Assembly: GCA_002897855.1 (NCBI GenBank)
Contig: BDTO01000020.1
Coordinates: 4,254 to 68,253, forward strand
Direction of reading: 5' to 3'
Length of the DNA stretch: 64,000 bases
Source of the DNA: a bacterium BMS3Bbin05
Lineage (GTDB): Bacteria > Nitrospirota > Thermodesulfovibrionia > Thermodesulfovibrionales > BMS3Bbin05
The notes beneath the pieces were generated by a model. The model was not told the origin of the DNA. It did no database searches and saw only the letters and a list, made by a program, of their open reading frames with translations. Positions 1 to 10,153 of this stretch are shown piece by piece (position 1 is the stretch's first letter; each line of letters starts with the position of its first letter). A program made the position numbers and the translations under genes.

Positions 1-1
1 T

Positions 2-1396
2 GGAGCTACAGGGCCCGGGCTGACCAACCAGGCGACCAATGCAGCCCTCTGCATCACATGCCACACTACTACCGGAGCGGCATCGGCCAAACCGTTCAAT
101 GCCGGCATGGAAGCAGTTCCGGGTATAAGCGGGACATCCCACAGCTGGGAAGGCACAATGCCGTCTACATCGTCCCCGAATAACGCATATGGTTTGAGGG
201 CGACCGCAGACCTGACCAATACCGGCCTGAAGAAGAGATTACAGTCATTTGGAGATAAAGTAAGCTGTTCGGTCTGCCACAACCAGCACAGCCAGGCTGT
301 GCAGCCCTGGGACCCCAATGCGCCCGCTTACGGTGGGCCGGGTACCGGGGCAGGAAGGCACTATCAGAGGATTGATAACAACACAAGTCAGATGTGTAAG
401 GACTGCCATGCCTATAGGGATGTAGCCACCCCTACCGTCACGCTGATGTCGCATCCTGTTGGTGTCTCTATACCGGCCGGTGGAAGTTTTCAGACACCAC
501 CATCCCTGGTGCTTGACGGTAACGGAAACGTGCAGTGTCAGACATGCCACAGCCCGCACTATACCGACTCCGGCGGTGCGAACGGTGGGGCAGGTGATGG
601 CTATTTACTTGGTTCCGCTTTAAAGGACATATGCTATGAATGCCATACATTTCCCCAGACCATTCACCTCAGTCCAACCACAGGGCTTCTCTGGCCCGGC
701 GGTAAGTATGGTTCCACGTATGCAAGGGTGGATGTCGGTGGAAACCTTATACCACTTGAGAATACCTCTCTCGGCAGCAATCTTCAACCCTTGCCCTCGA
801 CTTACAGGGGTACATGTCTAAACTGCCACTGGCCACATGGTGTAAGGGATGATAACCCTTCCGGCCGGTTTTATCCGAATCTGACAGTGGAGCAGACAGT
901 TGAGCAGAAGGATGCAAACAACATGGCCGTACTCAATACATCAGTGAGCCCGTCATATCCGGTCCCATCCGATTCAAATGACCTCTGCCTTACCTGTCAT
1001 GACACACAGGTCTACAGCGCCACATCAGGGAGGGACCTGGATGTCATAGACTGGACCCTGGTCAAGCATGGGACAAAGGCTGCCACTGGTACAAGCCGTG
1101 GGAACCTCAGGGACCCATATCTTACCTACAGTAACAGTTACAGTAATAATCTTGTCCTTGCCTGTACGGACTGCCACACACCCCACGGTGACACGGGCAA
1201 TATATTCCTCCTCCGCAGTACAATAAACGGCCAGACTGTATCTGTTACGAATGCCGGCTATTGGTATAATATCTGTAATGCCTGTCATACGATAAACAGC
1301 GGAGGCATGATGCATCCTGCTTATCCGGGTTCGAGCTGTTCCGGTATGATGGGATGCCATGGCACGAGGCTCCATACAAATCCAAATAGCTGGTGA
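2..1396 (+). CDS. multiheme c-type cytochrome, 5' end off-window
   Basis: The frame stays open to nt 2. An extra CITCH motif lies at nt 50-64, upstream of the listed Met. Nine CxxCH motifs in total, several as CxxCHxPH (doubled-CXXCH style). Confidence 0.85.
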   Translation, partial: GATGPGLTNQATNAALCITCHTTTGAASAKPFNAGMEAVPGISGTSHSWEGTMPSTSSPNNAYGLRATADLTNTGLKKRLQSFGDKVSCSVCHNQHSQAVQPWDPNAPAYGGPGTGAGRHYQRIDNNTSQMCKDCHAYRDVATPTVTLMSHPVGVSIPAGGSFQTPPSLVLDGNGNVQCQTCHSPHYTDSGGANGGAGDGYLLGSALKDICYECHTFPQTIHLSPTTGLLWPGGKYGSTYARVDVGGNLIPLENTSLGSNLQPLPSTYRGTCLNCHWPHGVRDDNPSGRFYPNLTVEQTVEQKDANNMAVLNTSVSPSYPVPSDSNDLCLTCHDTQVYSATSGRDLDVIDWTLVKHGTKAATGTSRGNLRDPYLTYSNSYSNNLVLACTDCHTPHGDTGNIFLLRSTINGQTVSVTNAGYWYNICNACHTINSGGMMHPAYPGSSCSGMMGCHGTRLHTNPNSW

Positions 1397-1488
1397 CAGA
1401 CCAAAGGGTTCTTTCAATAATAGATGGTTGTCTCCGGTCCTCGATATGTCTTACGGCCCTGCTCACCCATAGCACAGTGAACTCCGGG

Positions 1489-2019
1489 CTAAAGCGAATC
1501 GTCTCTCTGGAGTTCCCTGAGGGTGGGTAGTTCGCTCAGGTCTTTAAGGCCGAAATATTGCAGAAATTCCCTTGTAGTGCCGTAAAGAAGCGGTTTCCCG
1601 GGCACCTCTTTTTTACCGAGAATCTTTATGAACCGCTTTTCGAGGAGGGATTTTACGACACCGTCGGAGTTGACACCCCTTAACTGCTCGATCTCAACCC
1701 TGGTAATGGGTTGCTTGTATGCAATAATGGAAAGGCTCTCAAGGGCTGCCATGGAGAGTCTTGATGATGTGGTTGACTTTTTCAGTTTTCTGATCCATGA
1801 CGCATATTCCGGATTTGATACAAACCGGAATCCTTCCGCCACCTCTACTATTAAGCAGCCTCCATTCCTTTCTCTGTATTCTTCAACCAGTTCATGAAGC
1901 GCCGGGGATATCTCATCTTCGGACAGTTCCGTAACCCTGTTTATATCCTTTATCCCTACAGGCTCGCCCGATACAAACAGTAAAGCCTCTATAAGGGCTT
2001 TTTTATTAAGATTTGTCAT
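1489..2019 (-). CDS. scpB: segregation and condensation protein B
   Basis: N-terminal IEALLFVSGEPV signature; about 176 aa, typical for ScpB. Confidence 0.85.
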   Translation of the reverse strand: MTNLNKKALIEALLFVSGEPVGIKDINRVTELSEDEISPALHELVEEYRERNGGCLIVEVAEGFRFVSNPEYASWIRKLKKSTTSSRLSMAALESLSIIAYKQPITRVEIEQLRGVNSDGVVKSLLEKRFIKILGKKEVPGKPLLYGTTREFLQYFGLKDLSELPTLRELQRDDSL

Positions 2020-2206
2020 AGAGTGAAATATATCAAATTCTGCATTAAAACATCAATCAATCCTTGGCCGGTTTCGTAAAAAAGCTGAAAAATTCATGTA
2101 TTGTCATTGCGAGCAAAGCGTGGCGATCTATTAAATTGATCGTTGTTCATTGAAATCACTACAAGATATTATGTAATATATAAGTGTCAAATTAATATTC
2201 AGGAGG

Positions 2207-4108
2207 ATGGAAATTAAGATAAGGATTGGAGATTCAGTTTCTGAAGTTCAGGACGCTTCCGGAATCAATAAGATATTGAAGAGAGGAAATGCTGTTGCAC
2301 TGAAAAAAGAATCAGGAGAATTCATTGACCTTGATTCCATCAGCGATGAAAGTGATGATCCTGAGCTTGAGGCTGTATCCCTGGATTCGGCAGATGGTTT
2401 AGAGATTTACCGTCATAGTACCTCCCATATAATGGCTCACGCAGTCCGGGAACTTTTCCCTGATGCCAAAATGGCCATTGGTCCTGCTATCGAAAATGGC
2501 TTTTATTACGATTTTGATATTGACACTCCATTTACACCTGAAGATCTTAAAAAAATAGAAGATAAGATGTCCGGGATCATTAACGAAAACAATCCTTTCA
2601 GGAGAAAAATCCTTCCTAAAAAAGAAGCGCTCAGGTTGTTTGAAGAGATGGATGAAAAGTATAAGGTCGAGATTATCAACGAAATCGAGGATGAAGAGGT
2701 ATCTTTATATGAGGAGGGCGGTTTTGTTGACCTGTGCAGGGGGCCGCACATTCCGTCAACAGGTTATGTCAAGGCCTTTAAACTTCTAAAGGTTGCGGGG
2801 GCATACTGGAGGGGGAGTGAAAAAAACAAGATGCTGCAGAGGATTTACGGGACTGCTTTCGCGATCCCGAAAGAACTGAAAAGACATCTGAATTTTCTTG
2901 AAGAAGTAAAGAAAAGGGATCACAGGAGGCTTGGAAAGGAACTTGACCTTTTCAGCATTAATGATAATATAGGTCCCGGGCTTATTTTGTGGCATCCCAG
3001 GGGTGCTATGATAAGAAAGACCATTGAGGATTTCTGGCGTAATGAGCATATCCGGGCAGATTATCAGATATTGTTTACACCCCATATAGCCAAACTCCGT
3101 CTCTGGGAGCAGAGCGGTCACTGGGGGTTTTACCGCGAAAATATGTATTCGCCCATGGAAATTGACGGTGTGGATTACGAGATAAAGCCGATGAACTGTC
3201 CCTTTCACATTGCCGTGTATAATTCGTCCCTGAAGAGTTACAGGGAACTTCCGATCAGATATGCAGAACTCGGAACTGTTTACCGGTATGAGAGGTCCGG
3301 GGTGCTTCATGGACTTATGAGAGTCAGAGGGTTTACGCAGGATGATGCACATATATTCTGCAGGGAAGACCAGATCGAAGAAGAGATATTGAATGTGCTT
3401 GATTTCACCATTTTTGTTCTCAGGACATTCGGGTTCGAAGATTATAATATTTACCTGTCGACGAGGCCGGAGAAATTTGTAGGTTCTCCCGGGAACTGGG
3501 AGAGATCAACGAATGCCCTTAAGACATCTCTTGAAAAGAAGGGATTGAAGTATGAGGTCGATCCCGGGGAGGGTGTGTTTTACGGCCCCAAGATCGATAT
3601 TAAAGTAAAAGATTCGCTGGGGAGGCGGTGGCAGTGCAGTACTATCCAGGTGGATTTCAACAATCCCGAGATATTTGATGTTTCCTACAGGGGAGCTGAC
3701 GGAAAAGATCATCAGCCGATTATGATACATAGGGCGCTCATGGGCTCTCTCGAGAGGTTTTTCGGGATACTTATTGAGCATTATGCCGGTTCTTTTCCTC
3801 TCTGGCTTGCCCCCGTCCAGATATCTGTAATTACGATTGCCGAAAGACATATTGAGTTCGGCCTCGAGGTATTGAAATATCTTAAGAAAAATGATATAAA
3901 GGTAGAGGGCAGTTTTGATAATGAAAAGATTGGTTATAAAATCAGGCAGTCTGCACATTCCAGGATACCGTATTCTGTTATAATCGGTGATAAAGAAATG
4001 GATAGCGGGAAGGTAACAGTCAGGAAAAAGAACGGCGAGAATCTTGCTCCGGTTACGAAAGAGGAACTTCTTGATATGCTTAATAAAGAGATAGAATCAA
4101 AAAAATAA
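2207..4108 (+). CDS. thrS: threonyl-tRNA synthetase
   Basis: 633 aa with TGS/editing/class II core motifs (HRRLGKELDLF, FTQDDAHIF). Sits upstream of infC-rpmI-rplT. Confidence 0.97.
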   Translation: MEIKIRIGDSVSEVQDASGINKILKRGNAVALKKESGEFIDLDSISDESDDPELEAVSLDSADGLEIYRHSTSHIMAHAVRELFPDAKMAIGPAIENGFYYDFDIDTPFTPEDLKKIEDKMSGIINENNPFRRKILPKKEALRLFEEMDEKYKVEIINEIEDEEVSLYEEGGFVDLCRGPHIPSTGYVKAFKLLKVAGAYWRGSEKNKMLQRIYGTAFAIPKELKRHLNFLEEVKKRDHRRLGKELDLFSINDNIGPGLILWHPRGAMIRKTIEDFWRNEHIRADYQILFTPHIAKLRLWEQSGHWGFYRENMYSPMEIDGVDYEIKPMNCPFHIAVYNSSLKSYRELPIRYAELGTVYRYERSGVLHGLMRVRGFTQDDAHIFCREDQIEEEILNVLDFTIFVLRTFGFEDYNIYLSTRPEKFVGSPGNWERSTNALKTSLEKKGLKYEVDPGEGVFYGPKIDIKVKDSLGRRWQCSTIQVDFNNPEIFDVSYRGADGKDHQPIMIHRALMGSLERFFGILIEHYAGSFPLWLAPVQISVITIAERHIEFGLEVLKYLKKNDIKVEGSFDNEKIGYKIRQSAHSRIPYSVIIGDKEMDSGKVTVRKKNGENLAPVTKEELLDMLNKEIESKK

Positions 4109-4123
4109 AACGGAGGTGATTTT

Positions 4124-4645
4124 ATAAGAAGGTTTAATTCCAGAGAAAGAGTGAAAGACAAGACCAGAGTCAATGCGAAGATAATTGCCCGGGAAGTCCG
4201 GCTGGTCGCTGCAGATGGGAAGCAGTTGGGGGTAGTTTCAATCAGTGATGCTATAGGCACTGCAAGAGAAAGCGGCCTTGATCTTGTAGAGGTTGCGCCA
4301 AATTCATCACCGCCTGTATGCCGTATAATGGATTACGGAAAATACCGTTATCAACAGAGCAAGAAACATAGTCACAAGAAGACAGTAGATGTCAAAGAGG
4401 TAAAAGTCAGGCCCTCCATATCGGATCATGACCTGGGCCTCAAGGTGAAAAATATGCTGAGATTCCTCGGCAGTGGCAATAAAGCAAAAGTTACCATGTT
4501 TTTCAGAGGAAGAGAAAGACAGAGGCCGGAAAGAGGTATGCAGGTTTTTGAAAGGATTATAGGGATTATCGGGGACCAGTACAATGTGGAGGTCAAGCCA
4601 AAGCTTGAAGGAAACAGGATTACGATGATAGTTGCTCCAAAATAA
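4124..4645 (+). CDS. infC: translation initiation factor IF-3; start probably non-AUG (ATA at 4124). The listed GTG at 4151 is the alternative.
   Basis: IF-3 sequence (RVNAKIIAREVRLV...). In-frame ATA lies 5 nt after GGAGGTG (4112-4118), with no stop between it and 4151. Confidence 0.85.
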   Translation: MRRFNSRERVKDKTRVNAKIIAREVRLVAADGKQLGVVSISDAIGTARESGLDLVEVAPNSSPPVCRIMDYGKYRYQQSKKHSHKKTVDVKEVKVRPSISDHDLGLKVKNMLRFLGSGNKAKVTMFFRGRERQRPERGMQVFERIIGIIGDQYNVEVKPKLEGNRITMIVAPK

Positions 4646-4697
4646 ATAAAAATGTTAATATAAATGGTTTAAAATCAGAAATGCCGGAGGAAGATAA

Positions 4698-4895
4698 ATG
4701 CCGAAGCTGAAAACCCATAGAGGGGCTGCAAAAAGATTCAAGATAACAGGCACCGGAAAAGTTAAAAGAAACAGGGCCAACAAGAGTCATATCATGACGG
4801 GGAAATCAGCCAAGAGGACACGAAGGCTGAGAACCGCAACTATTGTCGAAAAAGCCAATGAGAAGGCTATTAAACGTTTATTGCCTTACGGCTGA
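4698..4895 (+). CDS. rpmI: 50S ribosomal protein L35
   Basis: [15 protein letters not shown] signature; GGAGG upstream. Confidence 0.97.
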   Translation: MPKLKTHRGAAKRFKITGTGKVKRNRANKSHIMTGKSAKRTRRLRTATIVEKANEKAIKRLLPYG

Positions 4896-4933
4896 CATCA
4901 ACTTTTAAGGAATAGATTTCAGGAGGACGATAA

Positions 4934-5293
4934 ATGCCGAGAACGAGAGGTGGTTTCAAGACCAGACGCAGAAGAAAAAGACTGCTGAAAAAGGCAAGGG
5001 GTTACTACGGCGCAAGAAGCCGTTTATATACTGTTGCCAATGAGGCTGTGGAGCATGCTCTGCAGTATGCCTACAGGGACAGGAGGACTAAAAAGAGGGA
5101 ATTCCGCAGTCTCTGGATTGTAAGAATAAATGCGGCTGTCCGCGAATCCGGTATGACGTACAGCAGGTTTATAGCCGGTATAAAAAAGGCCGGTGTAGAG
5201 CTTGACAGAAAGAGCCTTGCCGATATTGCCTATAATGATCCGGGCGCATTTGGCAAAATAATAGCTACTGCAAAAAAAGCCGTCTCCGCCTGA
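4934..5293 (+). CDS. rplT: 50S ribosomal protein L20
   Basis: MPRTRGG..RRRRKR.LK.A.GY signature; AGGAGG upstream. Confidence 0.97.
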   Translation: MPRTRGGFKTRRRRKRLLKKARGYYGARSRLYTVANEAVEHALQYAYRDRRTKKREFRSLWIVRINAAVRESGMTYSRFIAGIKKAGVELDRKSLADIAYNDPGAFGKIIATAKKAVSA

Positions 5294-5306
5294 AGATACA
5301 TTAACA

Positions 5307-6320
5307 GTGGATGATTTAAAGGAATTAAGGAAGCAGTTTCTCCTTCATTTAGGCCGGGCGGAGGATAGCTCTCAGCTTCAGAATCTTCGGTCGAGATACC
5401 TCGGAAAAAAAGGCGAGATTACCGGCCTTCTTAAATCCCTTACCTCCATGCCGCCTGCAGATAGACCGGCAGCCGGCAAAGAAATCAATGAGCTGAAGGA
5501 CTTTATCGAAAATCAGCTTAACCGGCATCTTCAGAAAATTCATTCCAGAGAGATAGAGGGTAGAATACAAAAAGAATCTATTGATGTTACGCTTCCCGGC
5601 CCGGGTTCTGAAATTGGAGGAAGGCATCCGATAAGTCTTGTCCTTGATGAGGTCATTGACATTTTTATATCCATGGGGTTTGGAGTGGAGGAGGGGCCTG
5701 AGATTGAGCTTGATTTCTATAATTTTGAAGCGCTCAACATTCCCAGAGACCATCCTGCAAGAGACATGCAGGACACCTTCTATATTAATGACGAAGTTGT
5801 AATGCGTACACACACATCGCCCGTACAGGTGAGGGTGATGCAGCAAAGAAAACCCCCTCTGCGATTTATCGCTCCAGGCAAGGTTTACAGGTGTGATGCC
5901 GATATTTCCCATACGCCCATGTTTCATCAGGTTGAGGGATTGATGGTTGATACAAATATTACGTTTGCCAATCTGAAGTCGGTTCTCGAAAGTTTTCTTC
6001 ATTCAGTATTTACGCCTGATACACCTGTAAGATTCAGACCCAGCTATTTCCCCTTTACCGAGCCTTCCGCAGAGGTCGATATAGGATGTATCTTCTGTAA
6101 GGGGTCCGGATGCAGGATATGTAAGACTACCGGGTGGATTGAGATACTCGGTTCCGGGATGGTTAACCCGAAGGTGTTCAAAATGGTCGGGTATAACCCC
6201 AGGAAATATACGGGTTTTGCATTTGGAATGGGGATTGAAAGGATAACAATGCTTAAATATGGTATTGATGACATAAGACTGTTCTATGAAAATGACCTGA
6301 GGTTTTTAGGGCAGTTTTGA
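5307..6320 (+). CDS. pheS: phenylalanyl-tRNA synthetase alpha subunit (GTG start)
   Basis: Class II motifs (HPARDMQDTFY, FRPSYFPFTEPS, GMGIERI). Confidence 0.96.
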   Translation: MDDLKELRKQFLLHLGRAEDSSQLQNLRSRYLGKKGEITGLLKSLTSMPPADRPAAGKEINELKDFIENQLNRHLQKIHSREIEGRIQKESIDVTLPGPGSEIGGRHPISLVLDEVIDIFISMGFGVEEGPEIELDFYNFEALNIPRDHPARDMQDTFYINDEVVMRTHTSPVQVRVMQQRKPPLRFIAPGKVYRCDADISHTPMFHQVEGLMVDTNITFANLKSVLESFLHSVFTPDTPVRFRPSYFPFTEPSAEVDIGCIFCKGSGCRICKTTGWIEILGSGMVNPKVFKMVGYNPRKYTGFAFGMGIERITMLKYGIDDIRLFYENDLRFLGQF

Positions 6321-6363
6321 CCCTTTTGATTTATGATATGAATAGTAAAGGTTAAGGATTAGT

Positions 6364-8427
6364 ATGCTCTTACCGTTCAATTGGTTAAAGGAATTCATAA
6401 AGATCAGAAAATCTCCTGGAGAGATCGCAGACATGCTGACGATGGCCGGCCTCGAGGTTGAGTCGTCGGAGGGGTCCGGCGATGATACGGTGTTTGATAT
6501 CGATCTTACTCCGAACAGGGGAGATTGTCTGAGTGTATTGGGAACCGCGCGTGAACTTGCGGCTGTCACCGGCAAGAATATAAAAATACCCAGGTTTCGG
6601 TTGCCCTCTGAAGACAAGAGGAGTTGGATAAGAGTGAGCATTGGTGACAGGGATTTGTGTGCCAGATATGCGGGAAGGGTATTAAAGGGTATAAAAGTTG
6701 AGGAATCTCCGGCCTGGTTGAAGAAAAGGCTTGAGCTTTCGGGGATAAGGTCGATTAATAATATTGTTGATGTTACCAATTATGTAATGCTCGAGTATGG
6801 GCAGCCGCTTCATGCCTTTGATTTCGGGAAACTGGTTTCCGGACAGATATGTGTTTCAACACCTGATAAATCCATAAGGTTTACAACCCTTGATGGAATT
6901 GAACGTCTGATTACCGGGGATATGCTCTTAATCTGGGATGGGAATAAGCCCGTTGCCATAGCCGGAGTAATGGGTGGGCTGGAGAGTGAGGTCGGCGAAG
7001 ATACAACAGGCATCTTTCTTGAAAGCGCATGTTTTAATCCGTCATCTGTGAGAAGGACATCATCTGAACTCGGACTGAAATCCGAGTCTTCATTCAGATT
7101 TGAGAGAGGCATTGACGTACTTAATGTAGACAAGGCGCTCGACAGGGCATCATTTCTCATATCGGAGCTTGCAGGAGGGGTACTCTGTAAAAGGGTTGAC
7201 GTATTCCCGCGAAAATACAGGCCACGTCAGGTAAAGCTTGAATACGCAAAGGTAAACAATATTCTCGGAGTAAATTTATCCGGAACAAAGATCCAGGATT
7301 TGATTTCAAGAATAGGGGCACGCGTTGAAGATTTTGATGATTATCTGCATGTGGAAGTACCTTCATACAGAAATGATATTGAGAATGATTTTGATCTGAT
7401 AGAAGAGGTTGCCAGGCTGTATGGTTATCACAGGATCGCTTCTTCTGCGCCTGTTATAAGAGTTGATGCATTACCAAAAAGCAAAGTCAGAGAAAATATA
7501 AAATCTATTAGAAATCATATGTGCTCAAGGGGATATTCCGAGGTTATAAATTTCAGTTTTATGAATCCTGATATGATAAGGTTATTGAATCTTGACAGTG
7601 ATGATCCCAGAAACAATGCAGTAAGGATCCTTAACCCTTTGCGCCAGGAAGAATCTCTGGTTCGGACAACCCTTGTACCGTCTTTACTTGAAAACCTGGG
7701 TTACAATTTCAACAGGGGGATAAGGACTGTCAAGCTTTTTGAGATTTCAAAAGTTTTTATCGATAAGAGACAAAAAAGCGATAAACTGCCCGGGGAAAGC
7801 ATGAGGCTTGGTGGGGCATATCTTGTCGATAGAACCCATCGGTTGTGGAAGGACAATGTTGATGATTTTTTTGTGGTTAAGGGTGATATTGATGCGATGA
7901 TCAAGAAATTGACGATTGGCAATGGATTGTGGAAAAGGTCTTCTGAGCCGTTCTTGCATCCGGGCAGATCGGCAGATTTTATTTTGGGCAATCGGAAGGC
8001 GGGATTTACAGGCATTCTTTCTCCGGATGTTCTGCATCTGCTGGATATGAAGGTGCATAATTCGGATGTAGTATTATTTGAGTTTGATCTTGATATTATA
8101 ACTGTTAATAAAGACAGGAAGCATGTTTATAAACAGTTTTCCAGATTTCCATTTATACAGCGTGATATATCTGTTCTTGTGGATCCGGAATGGAGCGCAC
8201 AGGATATTTTAGAGTTGGTGAAATCTTATAAATCCAAACTCATTGACGAGGTAACAGTTTTTGATTATTACAGTGGGAAGAACATCCCTGATGGCAAGAT
8301 CAGTCTTGGATTTAATGTTCATTACAGGGCATACGACAGGACGTTGAGTGATGAAGAAATAGATGGTGTCCATAATGACCTGATCGGCTTTCTGTTGAAG
8401 AAGTCCGGTGCACAACTCAGACAATGA
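6364..8427 (+). CDS. pheT: phenylalanyl-tRNA synthetase beta subunit, short form lacking the B2 OB-fold
   Basis: N-terminus FNWLKEF...LTMAGLEVE runs almost directly into DIDLTPNRGDCLS. B3_4, B5 and FDX-ACB-like regions are present. 687 aa. Confidence 0.93.
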   Translation: MLLPFNWLKEFIKIRKSPGEIADMLTMAGLEVESSEGSGDDTVFDIDLTPNRGDCLSVLGTARELAAVTGKNIKIPRFRLPSEDKRSWIRVSIGDRDLCARYAGRVLKGIKVEESPAWLKKRLELSGIRSINNIVDVTNYVMLEYGQPLHAFDFGKLVSGQICVSTPDKSIRFTTLDGIERLITGDMLLIWDGNKPVAIAGVMGGLESEVGEDTTGIFLESACFNPSSVRRTSSELGLKSESSFRFERGIDVLNVDKALDRASFLISELAGGVLCKRVDVFPRKYRPRQVKLEYAKVNNILGVNLSGTKIQDLISRIGARVEDFDDYLHVEVPSYRNDIENDFDLIEEVARLYGYHRIASSAPVIRVDALPKSKVRENIKSIRNHMCSRGYSEVINFSFMNPDMIRLLNLDSDDPRNNAVRILNPLRQEESLVRTTLVPSLLENLGYNFNRGIRTVKLFEISKVFIDKRQKSDKLPGESMRLGGAYLVDRTHRLWKDNVDDFFVVKGDIDAMIKKLTIGNGLWKRSSEPFLHPGRSADFILGNRKAGFTGILSPDVLHLLDMKVHNSDVVLFEFDLDIITVNKDRKHVYKQFSRFPFIQRDISVLVDPEWSAQDILELVKSYKSKLIDEVTVFDYYSGKNIPDGKISLGFNVHYRAYDRTLSDEEIDGVHNDLIGFLLKKSGAQLRQ

Positions 8428-8442
8428 TATGTTAATAGAAAT

Positions 8443-9618
8443 TCAGCATCTTGTGGTTACTACTATGTTCCGGCCTTTTCTTTTTGCTTCAAACAGGTTT
8501 CTGTCAACAAGGTCAAGGTAGTATTCAGGATCGCCGACACGTCCTTTTATATTTTCAATGAGCAGCGCCCCTATGCTGGCGCTTATACTATTATAGCTGG
8601 ACTTGCCGAACCTGTCTTCAAATACATGGTTTTCAATTGATACTCTCAGTCTTTCGGCGAGGTTCTTGAGGCTCTCGTAATCGACCTTTGGTGTAATTAT
8701 AAGGAATTCCTCACCACCGATTCGTACAGGCCTGTCATGGGGTCTTATGCTTTTCAATAAAAGTTTGCCGAACTGTGCAAGAAGAGCATCGCCGTTGAGA
8801 TGGCCGTACTTGTCATTGAAGTCTTTAAAGTGATCGATATCGATCATCAGTAAACCAATACCATATTCATTTTGTATAGCTTTGGTAGTTTCACTTGTAA
8901 ATAAATCCGTCTTCTGGCGCTGGTTGTAAAGTTTTGTCAGTTGGTCTTTTCTCAATCTTTCAAAATTCGTTAAATGAGCCGTAAAATAAGAAGTCGCTTT
9001 GTTTGCAAGTTTAAGATCCATTTCCGAGAATGCACTATCTTCGCTGATAAGCATAATGAAGCCGTAAGGTGTGTTTTTGAAGTGCTTATTATTTATATTC
9101 AGGAACAGAGGAATTATCAATCCATTGCATTCTTTAATTGCATTTTTACAGAGATTCTGTATGCCCTCGAACATGTTTTCCATCGGGTTTATAATCCTCG
9201 GTGTTATCGAGGAGAGACCCTGAAGTTCCGGACCCTCAAATATTTCACCCGCTCCCCATCTGAATCTGTCATTTTCAAAACAGGCCTTCAGGGAAATCGA
9301 CGGCATAATATCCCTTTCGTCGTTATCGATCTCCTTTCCCGGTGTATACCCAAGATAACAGGTTTTTATCGAATTGGTCAGGCCGGAGTATATCCTTAAC
9401 ATTAATGGTATATATTTTCTGAAATTGGAAATATGGTCTTTCACAAGGCTGTGCAGGATATCACCGGCAACATGAGACAGAGTATTGCTGTAATAACCCA
9501 TGTTTTTTCGCAGATTGAAGATTGAAGTAACGTAATCAATGCGCATCTCAACACTGAGGTGTTTATTTGTTAAAACTCTTTCTATATCTTTCAATACATT
9601 TTCAATTGTTTCCGACAT
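8443..9618 (-). CDS. diguanylate cyclase (GGDEF) with uncharacterised N-terminal sensor region
   Basis: GGEEF active site preceded by RPHD (an RxxD I-site) five residues upstream. The N-terminal roughly 220 aa is not recognised. Confidence 0.85.
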   Translation of the reverse strand: MSETIENVLKDIERVLTNKHLSVEMRIDYVTSIFNLRKNMGYYSNTLSHVAGDILHSLVKDHISNFRKYIPLMLRIYSGLTNSIKTCYLGYTPGKEIDNDERDIMPSISLKACFENDRFRWGAGEIFEGPELQGLSSITPRIINPMENMFEGIQNLCKNAIKECNGLIIPLFLNINNKHFKNTPYGFIMLISEDSAFSEMDLKLANKATSYFTAHLTNFERLRKDQLTKLYNQRQKTDLFTSETTKAIQNEYGIGLLMIDIDHFKDFNDKYGHLNGDALLAQFGKLLLKSIRPHDRPVRIGGEEFLIITPKVDYESLKNLAERLRVSIENHVFEDRFGKSSYNSISASIGALLIENIKGRVGDPEYYLDLVDRNLFEAKRKGRNIVVTTRC

Positions 9619-9727
9619 TAAATATCATACCATATTTATCATAGTTATCGCATATATTCTATATTAATTAATTAATTAATGATATTAAATGGTAGATAGT
9701 ATTACATATGAAATCATTATATAGAAT

Positions 9728-9882
9728 TAAATAGTGTCTGTGTATAAATTGCCGTTTTTTATTTTTGTCATGCCCGAAGTCTTTAATCGGGCATTCAGAA
9801 CTTATTGAAAAGACTGGATTCCGGCTTAAGGACTGCCGGAATGACAGATAGAAAAATTGAGTTTATACACAGACACTAAATA
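9728..9882 (+). mobile_element. MITE-like element, family A copy 1 (core 9734-9876, flanked by TAAATA direct repeats)
   Basis: Perfect terminal inverted repeats (TIRs) GTGTCTGTGTATAAA / TTTATACACAGACAC. TAAATA on both sides. Internal hairpins. Aligns with the copies at 29940-30252 and 56883-57036. Confidence 0.75.
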
Positions 9883-9973
9883 GATAGCAAGCGTATTCCC
9901 CGTGGCCTTGCCTGTCCCGACAAAGTCGGGGCCTGCCTGTGCGTAGCACACAGACAGGCAGCAGGATAAACGT

Positions 9974-10153
9974 CCTCTTCCCTTAAGAGACTGTGTCATA
10001 ATTCCGAAAACGCATATGATGTCATTCTGAATTCATTTCAGAATCTCGTATTTTCAATATGCTACGTTTTTATAGATCCTGAAACAAGTTCAGAGCCTGC
10101 CCTGAATTTATTTCAGGGATGACAATTGTGACACAGCCTCTAAGGGATGGGGG
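9974..10153. repeat. second inverted-repeat-bounded element (family C) carrying three CTGAA/TTCAG hairpins
   Basis: Imperfect 24-25 bp inverted repeat TCCCTTAAGAGACTGTGTCATAATT (left) versus AATTGTGACACAGCCTCTAAGGGA (right). Internal hairpins at 10021-10045, 10076-10095 and 10099-10123. Confidence 0.55.

Noticed and set aside
5349-6002. Long antisense ORFs inside well-supported genes, for example 5349-6002, 11476-12084, 36416-36982, 51579-52097 and 60478-61023
   Set aside because: Each lies opposite a gene with unambiguous family motifs. Their products are low-complexity, and none has start-site support.
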